Positions 30,251 to 40,857 of a stretch of 64,000 nt of DNA are shown here, piece after piece. Each line of letters opens with the position of its first letter. Position 1 is the stretch's first letter. Source of the DNA: Candidatus Poribacteria bacterium (GTDB lineage: Bacteria; Poribacteria; WGA-4E; PCPOR2b). The stretch covers positions 1,248,001 to 1,312,000 of the forward strand of contig OZ244042.1 in the NCBI GenBank assembly GCA_965215015.1, in the 5' to 3' direction. The notes under the pieces are model-generated. The model saw nothing but the letters and a program-made list of their open reading frames with translations, did no database searches and had not been told where the DNA came from. The position numbers and the translations under genes were made by a program.

Positions 30251-30910
30251 ATGCACAACCATTTCTGCCACACTGTGTGCATCCTAGCTTTATGTCTACT
30301 CCTGATGAGTTGCGGTCCAGCACCTCAAGGGGAAAGGCTGCCCATCCCAAGCGCAACTCGTTCACAGTCTACTTCAACCTCGTCGGCGACTCGAGCCTCC
30401 TCGGCTACAGGAACATTGCCTGCTGCCGCTGCAATTGATGTTACTAGGAAGCCACCCCTGAAAGTGCTCTTCAGAATGGATCATGATATCAAACGACTTG
30501 AAGACCTCTATGTGACGACAAGGGTGACGACAGGGGGGAAAATTCACAATCTCAGCGTTGTGTCTAACTGTAATTTGGAGGTATTGAAAGTGTTTGTGGC
30601 AACGGATTGGACTCCCGTTATCCTATCAGGACGTTCTAGCAAGGGACATCTATCAGCGGTTATGGGATATGATGATGCCGAGCAGCAGATTCAAATCGGA
30701 AACCCGCTCGGCGTACGGAGAAAAGGAGGGGAGCCGAGGGGCGGGCGGATGCTTACTTACTCAGACTTTGAGAAGGAGTGGGCAACCGGATCCGGACGCA
30801 CGTGTGTGCTGGTTACGCCGAAAAAACTTGACGAATCGGAAATATATGCCGCTTTGAAGAAATACCTCCCCGAAGAACAGGTCGCTCAGATTAGGGTGAG
30901 GAGTCGCTGA
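30251..30910 (+). CDS. Lipoprotein with peptidase C39-like C-terminal region
   Basis: ATG after AGGAG; lipobox LMSC; S/T-rich linker; PVIL...GHLSAVMGYD...QIGNP.G...Y.DF..EW pattern. Confidence 0.7.
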   Translation: MHNHFCHTVCILALCLLLMSCGPAPQGERLPIPSATRSQSTSTSSATRASSATGTLPAAAAIDVTRKPPLKVLFRMDHDIKRLEDLYVTTRVTTGGKIHNLSVVSNCNLEVLKVFVATDWTPVILSGRSSKGHLSAVMGYDDAEQQIQIGNPLGVRRKGGEPRGGRMLTYSDFEKEWATGSGRTCVLVTPKKLDESEIYAALKKYLPEEQVAQIRVRSR

Positions 30911-31205
30911 AAAAAGTTAGGCGTTAGGGGCTTGAGTTTGTCGTAACGCCATTCAACCTGCGTCACGATAGAGGATAGACCACTAACTGTCGCCGCCCGA
31001 TGAATCTTGCGAGGCATGTTCGCCGAATTTGTAATGGTGACGTAGAACCTGCCCTTGCTGAAATTGGGGTCGCCTAAACTGCCAAATGCACCCACGTAGG
31101 CCCACTGTCTGTCAATTTTCTAAAATCGAGACTATGGACATTTCGGTGTCGAGATATGAATCTTGACCGACAAGACGTCGAGGGTTCAACCGCGCGGGCC
31201 TATCT

Positions 31206-31366
31206 TTAAGAATTACAGCGGATGTAGGAGGCATTTAGTTCTCCTGGAGGGATCTCCGAATCCCCACACATCGCTCAGACAAAGAGACAACCGAAAACTA
31301 AATAGCCCTAACAGCGGCTGAATCGCTATTACGAGACATTGAGGTATTCAGCTGCGTAAATCCTAG
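31206..31366. mobile_element. Nested degenerate MITE/REP cluster
   Basis: Inner IR TAGGAGGCATTTAGTT / AACTAAATAGCCCTA (31225-31310); outer end TGCGTAAATCCTAG resembles the TIR at 5385-5398. Confidence 0.45.
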
Positions 31367-31394
31367 AATTAATAAACTTAGGTAGGGAAATTAG

Positions 31395-34109
31395 ATGCCT
31401 GAATTGATGCACAATCTTTTTAATACACTGCAAAGCTTTGAAGCTGATGGACAGCGTATCCATTACTATTCACTTCCTGCCTTAGAAGCACAAGGCATCG
31501 GGAAAGTTTCTAACTTACCTGTCAGCATACGCATCCTGCTGGAATCGCTACTGAGAAACTACGATAATCAGCAGATTACAGAGCCGGACATCGTGGATTT
31601 GGCAAACTGGAACCCGAAACAACCCAAACCTGTCGAAATCCCGTTTAAGCCAGCCCGTGTGCTCGCCCAGGATTTCACAGGTGTCCCCCTCCTCGTTGAT
31701 CTGGCGGCAATGCGTTCAGCGGTAGAGGAACTTGGGGGTGATCCGCAGATTATCGAGCCGCTCGTCCCTGTCGATCTGGTCATCGATCACTCCGTTCAGG
31801 TGGATGCTTATGGGACAGCGAATGCGCTACAGATTAACACCCAAAGAGAATTTGAACGGAATAAGGAACGATACGAATTTCTGAAGTGGGGGCAGCAGGC
31901 TTTTGATCAATTTAAGGTAATTCCCCCCTCCATCGGCATTGTCCATCAGGTGAATCTGGAGTATCTTGCCAAATTGGTTGTTCCTGATACGATTAACGGC
32001 GAAACGGTTGCTTATCCCGATACATTGGTCGGAACCGATTCCCATACCACTATGATCAACGGACTCGGAATCGTCGGCTGGGGCGTTGGCGGTATCGAAG
32101 CGGAAGCCGCCATGCTCGGTCAGCCGGTTTACATTCTGACGCCGGAGGTGTTGGGGGTTCACATGAAAGGGGCTCTCAAAGAGGGCGTGACAGCGACTGA
32201 TCTCGTTCTAACGGTTGTGCAGCGATTACGGGAAACAAATGTCGTCGGCAAATTCGTGGAGTTCTTTGGTGAAGGGGTCCAAGCACTTTCAACCCCAGAT
32301 CGGGCGACCATTTCCAACATGTGTCCCGAATACGGCGCGACGGTCGGCTTCTTCCCATCAGACGAAGAATCGGTGAACTATCTTCGGGCAACGGGGCGCG
32401 ATGAAGCGCATCTGGAGTTGGTCACGGCGTACCTGAAAGCACAGAATATGTTCAGCATTCCAAAGACGGGTGAGGTGGAATATTCGGAGGTATTGATGAT
32501 TGACCTTGATGCGATTGAACCGAGTATTGCCGGCCCGAAACGACCTCAAGATCGGATTGAACTCTCAAAGGTCAAGGAGACTTTCCCTCGCTTGTTGACA
32601 ACATCCCTGACGGAGGGCGGGTACGGACTCTCTCAGGCGCAGCTTGAGGAGCACCGTCAGCAGGCGGAAGCATCAGGTGGCATTACACACGGGGATGTCG
32701 CAATCGCCGCCATCACCAGTTGTACCAACACCAGCAATCCATCGGTGATGATCGCCGCCGGATTGATTGCAAAGAAAGCGGTCGAACATGGCATCCACGT
32801 ACCCGATTCCGTCAAAACCAGTTTAGCTCCTGGATCCCGAGTTGTCACGGAGTACCTGCAAGGGACAGGCCTGCTGCCCTATCTGGAGAAGTTAGGCTTT
32901 AACGTCGTTGGATACGGTTGTACAACGTGCATCGGGAATAGTGGTCCCTTAGATGAAGATATCCAAAGTGCAATTGAAGCGGGGAATCTCGTCGCTGTCA
33001 GCGTTCTCAGCGGCAACCGAAATTTTGAGGCGCGCATACACCGTGATGTCAAAGCCAGTTTCCTGATGTCTCCGCCACTCGTTGTTGCCTATGCGCTTGC
33101 TGGACGAATCGATGTCGATTTAACGAGCGAGCCGTTAGGCTATAACGACGCCAACCAACCTGTCTATTTGAGAGATGTGTGGCCCACACGGAGGGAGATT
33201 GCCGATTTAATCGCCCAATCGCTGGACGCCAACACGTTCAAACGCCTTTATGCTGAGATTGCCAACCAGGCACCGGAATGGGATGAATTAGATATCCCTA
33301 CAGGTGAATTGTATCATTGGAGTGAGGAAAGCACCTATATCCAGAAACCACCCTTCTTTGAAGGATTCAAGTTGGAACCTGCCCCAATCACCGACATTCA
33401 AGGGGCGCGGGTGCTCGCTATTTTAGGAGATTCTGTTACGACAGACCACATTTCCCCCGCCGGTGCCATTGGGGCGGACAGCCCGGCTGGAAAGTATCTA
33501 ATTGAACACGGTGTTGAAAGAAGGGACTTCAATACCTACGGTGCAAGGCGCGGTAATGACCGAATAATGAGTCGCGGAACATTTGCTAACAACCGGATCA
33601 AAAATGCGATGCTGCCCCATATTGAGGGTGGTTATACCGTCACCTATCCTTCCGGAGAGCAGACAACGATATATGAGGCGGGTCAACATTATCTGCAGCA
33701 AAACACGCCCCTCGTTGTTTTCACCGGCAAGGAATACGGTTCTGGTAGTTCAAGGGATTGGGCGGCGAAGGGCCCCAAACTATTAGGGGTCAAAGCTGTT
33801 ATCGCCGAAAGTTACGAACGCATCCACCGCAGCAACCTAATCGGTATGGGTATTTTGCCTTTGCAATTTAAGGAGGGCGAGGATGCAGCGTCGCTTGGCT
33901 TGGAGGGAAGTGAGGTCATCAGCATCACCGGTTTTGCAGACAATCTGCAACCGGGGCAAACTGCCACGATGGAATGGGTTGACGAATCGGGAACGAAGCG
34001 ATCGGCGGAATTGCTCATCCGGATCGATGCCTCCATTGAGGTGGAGTACTACCAACACGGCGGGATTCTGGATTATGTCATCAGAAATTTGATGGCGGAT
34101 TCAGGTTAA
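31395..34109 (+). CDS. acnA: Aconitate hydratase A
   Basis: [66 protein letters not shown]. Confidence 0.98.
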   Translation: MPELMHNLFNTLQSFEADGQRIHYYSLPALEAQGIGKVSNLPVSIRILLESLLRNYDNQQITEPDIVDLANWNPKQPKPVEIPFKPARVLAQDFTGVPLLVDLAAMRSAVEELGGDPQIIEPLVPVDLVIDHSVQVDAYGTANALQINTQREFERNKERYEFLKWGQQAFDQFKVIPPSIGIVHQVNLEYLAKLVVPDTINGETVAYPDTLVGTDSHTTMINGLGIVGWGVGGIEAEAAMLGQPVYILTPEVLGVHMKGALKEGVTATDLVLTVVQRLRETNVVGKFVEFFGEGVQALSTPDRATISNMCPEYGATVGFFPSDEESVNYLRATGRDEAHLELVTAYLKAQNMFSIPKTGEVEYSEVLMIDLDAIEPSIAGPKRPQDRIELSKVKETFPRLLTTSLTEGGYGLSQAQLEEHRQQAEASGGITHGDVAIAAITSCTNTSNPSVMIAAGLIAKKAVEHGIHVPDSVKTSLAPGSRVVTEYLQGTGLLPYLEKLGFNVVGYGCTTCIGNSGPLDEDIQSAIEAGNLVAVSVLSGNRNFEARIHRDVKASFLMSPPLVVAYALAGRIDVDLTSEPLGYNDANQPVYLRDVWPTRREIADLIAQSLDANTFKRLYAEIANQAPEWDELDIPTGELYHWSEESTYIQKPPFFEGFKLEPAPITDIQGARVLAILGDSVTTDHISPAGAIGADSPAGKYLIEHGVERRDFNTYGARRGNDRIMSRGTFANNRIKNAMLPHIEGGYTVTYPSGEQTTIYEAGQHYLQQNTPLVVFTGKEYGSGSSRDWAAKGPKLLGVKAVIAESYERIHRSNLIGMGILPLQFKEGEDAASLGLEGSEVISITGFADNLQPGQTATMEWVDESGTKRSAELLIRIDASIEVEYYQHGGILDYVIRNLMADSG

Positions 34110-34224
34110 GCCAATTTGTTCGCAGTTGCCAAGTCAGGGCGATCGGTGTTTGCCTTCAGTATGGCACGATTGCCACAAAAAATCAAAAAGAGCTGACGCT
34201 GAATTAGATCGAGAAATCTGCCAA

Positions 34225-36258
34225 TTAGTTGTCCTGAATCAAGTTGAGAATAAGATTGTAGTTTTCATCAAGGTGCAGTTCCGTGCCGGACGGTATGAAC
34301 GTTGTCGAATCAATCTCTTCGATAATCGCGGGACCCGAAAACCGTGAGCCCACCGGCAACCCCTCCCGCCGATAAAGGGGCATCTGCACGGCGTGGGTTG
34401 CAGATTCGTAAACGAGACGTGAGACGCTGCGCTGTGCACCTTCGAGGGCCTCCCCCAAGTTAATCTTTGAACGATGTGCGGCTTCGGAGATGGAGACCTT
34501 TAGGTGTACCAGTTCGATCGTCTCATCCTCGAAGTGATACCCGTAAAATTGATGATGCCTCTCGTGAAAACGACTGATTGCCCGATGTAAACCGCCCTCT
34601 GAACGATACTCGATATCCTGTTCGTAATTCTGTTGGTAATACCGCATACTGATGAACAACATTTCCCGTGGCTCCCCTCGCATCCCTTCCCGCTCAAGCT
34701 CTTCTCTTGCCTCCTGTCGCATAGGGGTAAATCGCGCTTGTAGGTCGCTGTCGGTGATATCTGGAGCTCGCGCCGCAAAGGTATGAACTTTTTCGACACG
34801 AAGTTCGGAAATGGCGGCACCAAAAGCAGAACATAGCCCCGGATAAGGGGGCACGACAACGGTTTGGATACCCAGCTTTTTGGCGATTGCGACAGCATGG
34901 AGAGGCCCTGCGCCGCCAAACGCCACGAGCGCAAAGGCGCGGGGATCGATTCCCCGCTCGATAGTCAGTAAGCGGATGGCGTTGGTCATGTTTTCGTCAG
35001 CGATTTCAATGATGGCTGTGGCTGCCCCCTGTTCGGAGACACCCATCTGTTGCGCCAATTGTTCAATCGCTTCTTTAGCCAGTCCGGGATGAATCGGCAA
35101 TTCTCCGCCGAGAAAAAAACTGGGGTTGAGACGCCCCAGCACCAAGTTTGCGTCGGTCACCGTAGCTTGTGTCCCACCTGTTCCATAGCAAGCAGGCCCC
35201 GGCACCGCCCCAGCACTCTCGGGCCCAACATTCAGCATACCCCCTTTATCAATCCAAGCGATAGAACCACCTCCCGCCCCTAATGTCCGAACTTCAATGA
35301 TAGGGATTGCAACGGGAAGTCCCCACTCAATCTCGAAGGTTGTGGTAAACTGCTGCTCCCCATCGAGCACCAGACCGACATCGCAGCTAGTGCCCCCCAT
35401 ATCGAGAGTAATTGCGTTTTGGAATCCCGCCGTTTCCGCGAAGTATTTCCCCCCAACAATGCCGCCCGCCAAGCCCGATAGTAAGATATCGACAGGCCGA
35501 TCCGGCGCATTGGTGAGAAGCGTAGTCCCACCGTCGGATTTGAGAAATGAACAAGGTCCAATGACACCATTGGTTTCCAAGGCGGTCCCGATGTCGTGGC
35601 AGTAGCCTTGGATTAGCGGCTTGACAAAGGCATCAGCCAAGAGTGTGCTAGACCGTTCATACTCTCGCCAGATTGGGGCTACTCGGTATGATAGGGAGAT
35701 GGGGAGGTGCGGAAATGCTTCCTCAAGGAACCTGCCTACCTCCAGCTCGTGGGTGGGATTGAGATAAGAAAAGAGCAAGCAGAGGGCGATAGCTTCGACC
35801 CCTTGATTTTGCAGCCGTTCCTCAATATTGGTCTTTAGGGCTGTAAGGGCGTCAGCGGTCAGAGGTACGACAACCTCTCCTTGGGCGTTTATCCGTTCTG
35901 TCACGCCGAGGCAGTTGCGTCGCTTTACCAACGGCTGCGGCTTGACCCAATGCAGGTCGTACTCCTTCTTGCGATTAATACGCTGAATGAACGGGACATC
36001 CTCGAATCCAGCTGTGGTAACAAACACGACCTCTGCCCCGGTCCGCTGGAGAATGGCGTTGGTAGCAACCGTTGTTCCGTGCACAATACGTTCGATGGAT
36101 TCAAAGGGGATCTCTGATTTCCCCAGCACACCCAAGAACGCACGCATCGGGGCTTCAGGTGTGGAAGGATGCTTAGCAACGCGCACAGCACCATCCGCCG
36201 AAATTGCGACTAGGTCTGTAAAAGTGCCACCGGTATCAATGCCGATTGTACTGGGCAC
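34225..36258 (-). CDS. Hydantoinase/oxoprolinase subunit A (HyuA-like)
   Basis: IGIDTGGTFTD, HGTTVATNA, DMGGTSCDV, GAGGGSIA, FGGAGPLHA, GPAIIEE; GTG at 36258 after GGAGG. Confidence 0.92.
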   Translation of the reverse strand: MPSTIGIDTGGTFTDLVAISADGAVRVAKHPSTPEAPMRAFLGVLGKSEIPFESIERIVHGTTVATNAILQRTGAEVVFVTTAGFEDVPFIQRINRKKEYDLHWVKPQPLVKRRNCLGVTERINAQGEVVVPLTADALTALKTNIEERLQNQGVEAIALCLLFSYLNPTHELEVGRFLEEAFPHLPISLSYRVAPIWREYERSSTLLADAFVKPLIQGYCHDIGTALETNGVIGPCSFLKSDGGTTLLTNAPDRPVDILLSGLAGGIVGGKYFAETAGFQNAITLDMGGTSCDVGLVLDGEQQFTTTFEIEWGLPVAIPIIEVRTLGAGGGSIAWIDKGGMLNVGPESAGAVPGPACYGTGGTQATVTDANLVLGRLNPSFFLGGELPIHPGLAKEAIEQLAQQMGVSEQGAATAIIEIADENMTNAIRLLTIERGIDPRAFALVAFGGAGPLHAVAIAKKLGIQTVVVPPYPGLCSAFGAAISELRVEKVHTFAARAPDITDSDLQARFTPMRQEAREELEREGMRGEPREMLFISMRYYQQNYEQDIEYRSEGGLHRAISRFHERHHQFYGYHFEDETIELVHLKVSISEAAHRSKINLGEALEGAQRSVSRLVYESATHAVQMPLYRREGLPVGSRFSGPAIIEEIDSTTFIPSGTELHLDENYNLILNLIQDN

Positions 36259-36295
36259 GTGTACTTTCCTCCCGTATTTCGTCAACCAAGAATCA

Positions 36296-37774
36296 TCAGT
36301 CCGTTTCGGGGTAGATTTGATTCCAAGGCATAGGGTAAGTTCGCTCCCAACCGACACGACCAAAGTCTGGGCTGCTAGAGTAGCTATCGGTATAGGTACG
36401 TTGTGGGAAGAATGCTTCAGCTGTCAGACGCATCACTTCCGCTGTCAGTTCAGCATCCATACAGTGGAATATATCGGCGGCTTGGGGGTCATACGCCAAG
36501 TTGTGCTGCTCGTGTGGGTCATTGGTGAGGTTGAACAGGTGCACCCTTTGTGGGTATTTACACAGCTTCCATGTGCCATCGAACCACATCCAGCCGTTGT
36601 GCAACATACCAATAATGGCATCTTTGCGCTTTATGTCTGCTATTCCCAAACCGGGCAACGGGACGGCATCCATGTAGGCAGGAATTTTGCATCCCGCTAT
36701 ACTCAGTATAGTAGCGGTAACATCGGTAAGCGTGACAAGATCTTGGCAGACATACGCCTCTTGGGACTCCGGATGGTTCACCAACAGTGGGACATGACAG
36801 GCGGCTTCATAATATGACGCTTTACCGCTGAGTCCATGGTCTCCCAAGTAATCTCCGTGATCGGACGCGAAGATAATCACAGTGTTGTCTCGGAGACCTT
36901 TCCGATCTAACGCTTCGACAATGCAGCCGACTTCATAGTCGATTTGTTTAACCAATCCGGCATAGTAGGCACGCTGCAGCATGTAATGCTCGCGTGTTGG
37001 ACTGTTTTCGTTCTGAATAGCGTACCACGATTTCTGAGATGATTCTGATCGAGAGGGGTGCCTTGGTCGCATCAATTTCGTATCTTCCGGGACAGCGGGG
37101 AGCGGCTCTGGCATATCGTCAGGCTGAAAGGTCGCGTATTCCGGCGCAGGGTCGTAGGGGTTATGCGGTCCCGGGAAGCCGACCATCATAGCGAAGGGTT
37201 GGTCGCCGCTGTATGTCTCAATCCACTGTACTGCCTCATTGCCAACAAAGTGGTCAACCGAGTATTCCCAAGGGATGGGGCTGATTAGGGCACCAAAGTT
37301 CTTGTGATAATCAGGCTCGTTGTAGAAGGAGGTCTTGGTATAACCGTGTGCTTTGAGCAAGTGGTCATAGTCGTCCTGGATATAGCCCCCAAGTTTATCT
37401 TCAGCAATGATGCGACGCTGGAACCCCAAACGCTTCTCCCAAGGATAAAAGTGCATCTTGCCGACAGCGATGGTGTAGTAATCGAGCGTGTTGAGCAATT
37501 CGGGCCACGTCGCCAATCCACACGCGCGGTAATCAGGACGTAGGAATTGGCCATTATCAAGCACGCCGGTCTTGAGACCGTTCATGCCGGTGATGAGCGA
37601 GACACGCGCCGGTACGCATACCGGATGCTGCGAGTACGCACGATTATAACGAACCCCTTGCATTCCAAGGGCATCAATGTGAGGGGTATCAATGAAGTCC
37701 GCCCCGTAGCAACTGAGGAAATCAGCGCGCAGTTGATCGGGCATCATGAAGATGATGTTGAGTTTCTGGCTCAT
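36296..37774 (-). CDS. Sulfatase
   Basis: NIIFMMPDQLR, CVPAR, GKMH, GPHNPYD, SDHGDYLGDH. Confidence 0.92.
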   Translation of the reverse strand: MSQKLNIIFMMPDQLRADFLSCYGADFIDTPHIDALGMQGVRYNRAYSQHPVCVPARVSLITGMNGLKTGVLDNGQFLRPDYRACGLATWPELLNTLDYYTIAVGKMHFYPWEKRLGFQRRIIAEDKLGGYIQDDYDHLLKAHGYTKTSFYNEPDYHKNFGALISPIPWEYSVDHFVGNEAVQWIETYSGDQPFAMMVGFPGPHNPYDPAPEYATFQPDDMPEPLPAVPEDTKLMRPRHPSRSESSQKSWYAIQNENSPTREHYMLQRAYYAGLVKQIDYEVGCIVEALDRKGLRDNTVIIFASDHGDYLGDHGLSGKASYYEAACHVPLLVNHPESQEAYVCQDLVTLTDVTATILSIAGCKIPAYMDAVPLPGLGIADIKRKDAIIGMLHNGWMWFDGTWKLCKYPQRVHLFNLTNDPHEQHNLAYDPQAADIFHCMDAELTAEVMRLTAEAFFPQRTYTDSYSSSPDFGRVGWERTYPMPWNQIYPETD

Positions 37775-37999
37775 GAAAATCCTTCTGCTATCTATCGGTT
37801 TTGCTGCATAGCTGGAGACATCATAACAGAATCTCTAGCGTTTCGCAATGATAAAATGGGCGTCTCCGCAGTGCTTACCGATTAAGACTGAAACCCTAAT
37901 TGAGTTTTTTCGTATTCGTATATGAGGTCAGGCAATATTATATGTTCAGATGATTAATCAGTAATCAAAATCTAAAATTCGATATTGGAGATATAGATA

Positions 38000-38155
38000 A
38001 TGTTTAATAGTATTGGAATCATCTTAGGAATGGGTTGTGTCCTCATGGGAATCGCAGGCGGATACCTGCTGCTTTCGACCGTTTTTGCTGGTATTCAGTT
38101 AATTTCTAAACGCCGCATGTTAGACCAAAAAATTGAGAAAAAACTTGACACCTAA
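38000..38155 (+). CDS. Small (51 aa) single-pass membrane protein
   Basis: GGAG RBS; MFNSIGIILGMGCVLMGIAGGYLLLSTVFAGIQLISKRRMLDQKIEKKLDT; below the ORF-track cutoff. Confidence 0.55.
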   Translation: MFNSIGIILGMGCVLMGIAGGYLLLSTVFAGIQLISKRRMLDQKIEKKLDT

Positions 38156-38180
38156 GCCCTTTTATGGGTAGCATATTACG

Positions 38181-38313
38181 AAGCTCCCGACGTTGTGGGA
38201 TCATTCCGAAGATACCAACACTTTCGTGCTAAAGTTCTAGGCTCAATGAGCCAGGACTATCGTGTCATGTGCCGGGTATTTCGACGAATCGGATTCTCGC
38301 CGAGTCGGGGTTT
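38181..38313 (+). ncRNA. Candidate rod-shaped ncRNA (6S-like)
   Basis: TTGACA (38145)-18 nt-TAGCAT upstream; long imperfect self-complementarity from AAGCTCCCGAC/GTCGGGGTTT in to the GGCTCA/TGAGCC apical hairpin. Confidence 0.45.
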
Positions 38314-38430
38314 GCTATGTATCCTTGCGCCTCTGCCAACGCTGAATTGACGGATCTAAACCTTAATAAGGTTATCCCAATCTCATTGATGTGCAAGAGA
38401 AAAAGCTATCCATAAGTCGGTGGTTCCTCC

Positions 38431-39138
38431 ATGAATTATCAGCAGCTCCATCCGTGGGAGATGACTCCCGCCGAAGCACGCGAGATCCAAAATGAACTGC
38501 GTAATCAGGTGATATCCCAAGATCGATTCGGCGACATCCAAACAGTCGCTGGGGTCGATCTGGGGTTTAAGAAAGACATCGCCCGTGCGTCAGTTGTTGT
38601 GTTGAGTTTTCCAGATCTGCAGCTGATCGATGGCGTCCTTGTTGAAAGTCCCGTCTCCTTTCCTTATATCCCTGGCCTACTATCTTTCCGCGAAACACCC
38701 CCTCTTCTCAAAGCCTTTGCTCAACTTAATACCGAACCGGACCTCATTATCGCTGATGGACAAGGGATTGCTCACCCAAGGCGTTTTGGAATAGCGTCGC
38801 ATCTGGGGTTAATTTTGGACAGACCGACGGTCGGGTGCGCGAAGTCGCGTCTGTGGGGCAGGCACAAACAACCCAAAAATGAAGCTGGATCGATTGAATA
38901 TTTGTACGACAAGGACGAAATTATCGGCGCGGCGGTTCGTACACGATCCAACGTCAGTGTAGTTTATATTTCGGTTGGGCATTTAATCTCCCTAGATTCA
39001 GCAATTCGGTTGACACTTGCCTGCTGCCGGCGGTACAGGCTACCCGAAACCACGAGATACGCACATCAAGCGGCAGCGGGGCAAATTTCCCTACCCCAAA
39101 AACAGATTGAAGTGGAAAAGCAGCTTACACTCTTTTAG
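38431..39138 (+). CDS. nfi: Endonuclease V
   Basis: VAGVDLG, FPYIPGLLSFRE, DGQGIAHPRRFGIASH, GCAKSRL, YRLPETTRYAH. Confidence 0.97.
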   Translation: MNYQQLHPWEMTPAEAREIQNELRNQVISQDRFGDIQTVAGVDLGFKKDIARASVVVLSFPDLQLIDGVLVESPVSFPYIPGLLSFRETPPLLKAFAQLNTEPDLIIADGQGIAHPRRFGIASHLGLILDRPTVGCAKSRLWGRHKQPKNEAGSIEYLYDKDEIIGAAVRTRSNVSVVYISVGHLISLDSAIRLTLACCRRYRLPETTRYAHQAAAGQISLPQKQIEVEKQLTLF

Positions 39139-39159
39139 AAAGGCTTAGAAGGAATTAAA

Positions 39160-40041
39160 ATGAGCATTCTTGTGAATAAAGATACAAAAGTGGTCGTCCA
39201 AGGGATTACCGGTCGATCGGGACGATTCCATACCCAACAGTGTGTGGATTACGGCACAAAAATTGTTGCGGGTGTTACCCCCGGCAGAGGGGGCTCAGAT
39301 GTTGATGGCATCCCCGTTTACGATACAGTTTCTGAGGCAGTCATGGAGACAGGGGCGGATGTGTCTGTTATTTTTGTGCCCGCGAGGTTTGATGCCGCAG
39401 ACTCGATTATGGAAGCCGCTGATGCCGGCATCCGGTTGGTTATCTGTATTACGGAAGGTATCCCTGTCCTCGATATGGTGAAAGCCAAGGGGTATTTGGA
39501 GGACAAGCCAACACAGTTGATTGGTCCAAATTGCCCCGGTGTCATCACGCCCGGTGAGTGCAAAATAGGGATTATGCCCGGCTACATCCATCAACCAGGG
39601 AAAATCGGCATTGTTTCCCGCAGCGGGACGTTGACGTATGAAGCGGTAGATCAGGTGACCAAACTGGGGATGGGGCAATCCACTTGTGTCGGCATCGGCG
39701 GTGATCCGGTTATCGGTACAAATTTTGTTGATGTGTTGGCGTTGTTTGAAGCAGATGTAGATACAGAGGCGGTGCTCATGATCGGCGAAATCGGTGGGAC
39801 CGCGGAGGAAGCCGCGGCTCAATTCGTAAAAGAAAACATGACCAAACCTGTAGTCAGCTTTATCGCCGGGCAGACAGCACCGCCGGGCAAGCGGATGGGA
39901 CATGCCGGGGCGATTATCTCCGGCGGTCACGGCACAGCGGCAGAGAAGATTGAGGCGTTGGAAGCCGCTGGCATTGTTGTCGCTGAAAGCCCCGCGACGA
40001 TTGGGGAGACGCTAGTGAGGACGCTTGAAAAACGAGGATAG
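39160..40041 (+). CDS. sucD: Succinyl-CoA synthetase alpha subunit
   Basis: [49 protein letters not shown]. Confidence 0.98.
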   Translation: MSILVNKDTKVVVQGITGRSGRFHTQQCVDYGTKIVAGVTPGRGGSDVDGIPVYDTVSEAVMETGADVSVIFVPARFDAADSIMEAADAGIRLVICITEGIPVLDMVKAKGYLEDKPTQLIGPNCPGVITPGECKIGIMPGYIHQPGKIGIVSRSGTLTYEAVDQVTKLGMGQSTCVGIGGDPVIGTNFVDVLALFEADVDTEAVLMIGEIGGTAEEAAAQFVKENMTKPVVSFIAGQTAPPGKRMGHAGAIISGGHGTAAEKIEALEAAGIVVAESPATIGETLVRTLEKRG

Positions 40042-40090
40042 ATATAATTATCCCCTTGACCCAAGGCGGAAAATCGGCTACGATATAAAA

Positions 40091-40116
40091 AGGTCGAGAG
40101 ATTATTCCCCCGACCT
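40091..40116. terminator. Hairpin between convergent genes (REP-like or terminator)
   Basis: AGGTCGAGAG ... CCCCCGACCT. Confidence 0.4.
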
Positions 40117-40140
40117 AGAGTAAATGCGTGTTGGTGTCCA

Positions 40141-40698
40141 TTAATTATTTTTCGCACCCTCATCGATCCAGTCTTTGAAAAGCTGGATTTGTGCTCCGTC
40201 TAATGGTCCACCCGGCGGCATACCACCACCATCAATCCGTTGGACAACCTTACTACCTTTGCTATCCCCAGGGTTAAATACGGGACCGCCACCACTACCT
40301 TTCTCAAAGCCTGCGTATGTCTCTAAATTGAGCCCTACCTGTGGATTCGGGCCAGCATGGCACCCTTGGCCAACACAGCTCGCTTGAAGGATGGGTAAAA
40401 TGTCCTCCTGGAAGGAAACTGCCGGTTCGGGCTCTGGTTGAGGTGGGAGTTCAGGCTGTGGTTCAGGTTCAGGTTGTGGTTCGGGTTGTGGCTGTGCCTC
40501 CGGTTGCGGTGTTGGTTCTGAGACAGGATCTGAATCGGGTGTGACAACATTACCACTCATGCTATCATCATCGTCATCGTCATCACCATTATCGCCACAG
40601 CCTGTGGCGAAGATAGAAAATACTAAAACGGCTAAACAACTGATTGCAGTAACTAACAAATTCAAGCGTGAACAATTCACGTGTGTTTCTCCTTTCAA
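40141..40698 (-). CDS. Lipoprotein c-type cytochrome (planctomycete cytochrome c-like) with acidic and Pro/Glu/Gln linker
   Basis: Lipobox ATGC, poly-D, (PEPQ)n, VSFQEDILPILQASCVGQGCH, MPP, WIDEGA. Confidence 0.8.
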   Translation of the reverse strand: MKGETHVNCSRLNLLVTAISCLAVLVFSIFATGCGDNGDDDDDDDSMSGNVVTPDSDPVSEPTPQPEAQPQPEPQPEPEPQPELPPQPEPEPAVSFQEDILPILQASCVGQGCHAGPNPQVGLNLETYAGFEKGSGGGPVFNPGDSKGSKVVQRIDGGGMPPGGPLDGAQIQLFKDWIDEGAKNN

Positions 40699-40857
40699 AA
40701 TTTTCTACCAATCACGCGAATTGATGCCAATAAACTCTCACCATCAAAAATCGTTTCGCGTAGATTGGTGGATTGAAAATTAAAAACATGAAATTTTAAG
40801 CTGGAAACCGTCTCGAAATCTGTAAGGACAATTCCAAAACCGCGAGGAGATTGGCAT

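Noticed and set aside
30886-31095. 69-aa minus-strand ORF
   Set aside because: No RBS or recognisable family; it lies among repeat debris
38181-38313. SRP RNA or tRNA
   Set aside because: Lacks the SRP helix-8 motif and any cloverleaf or T-loop signature
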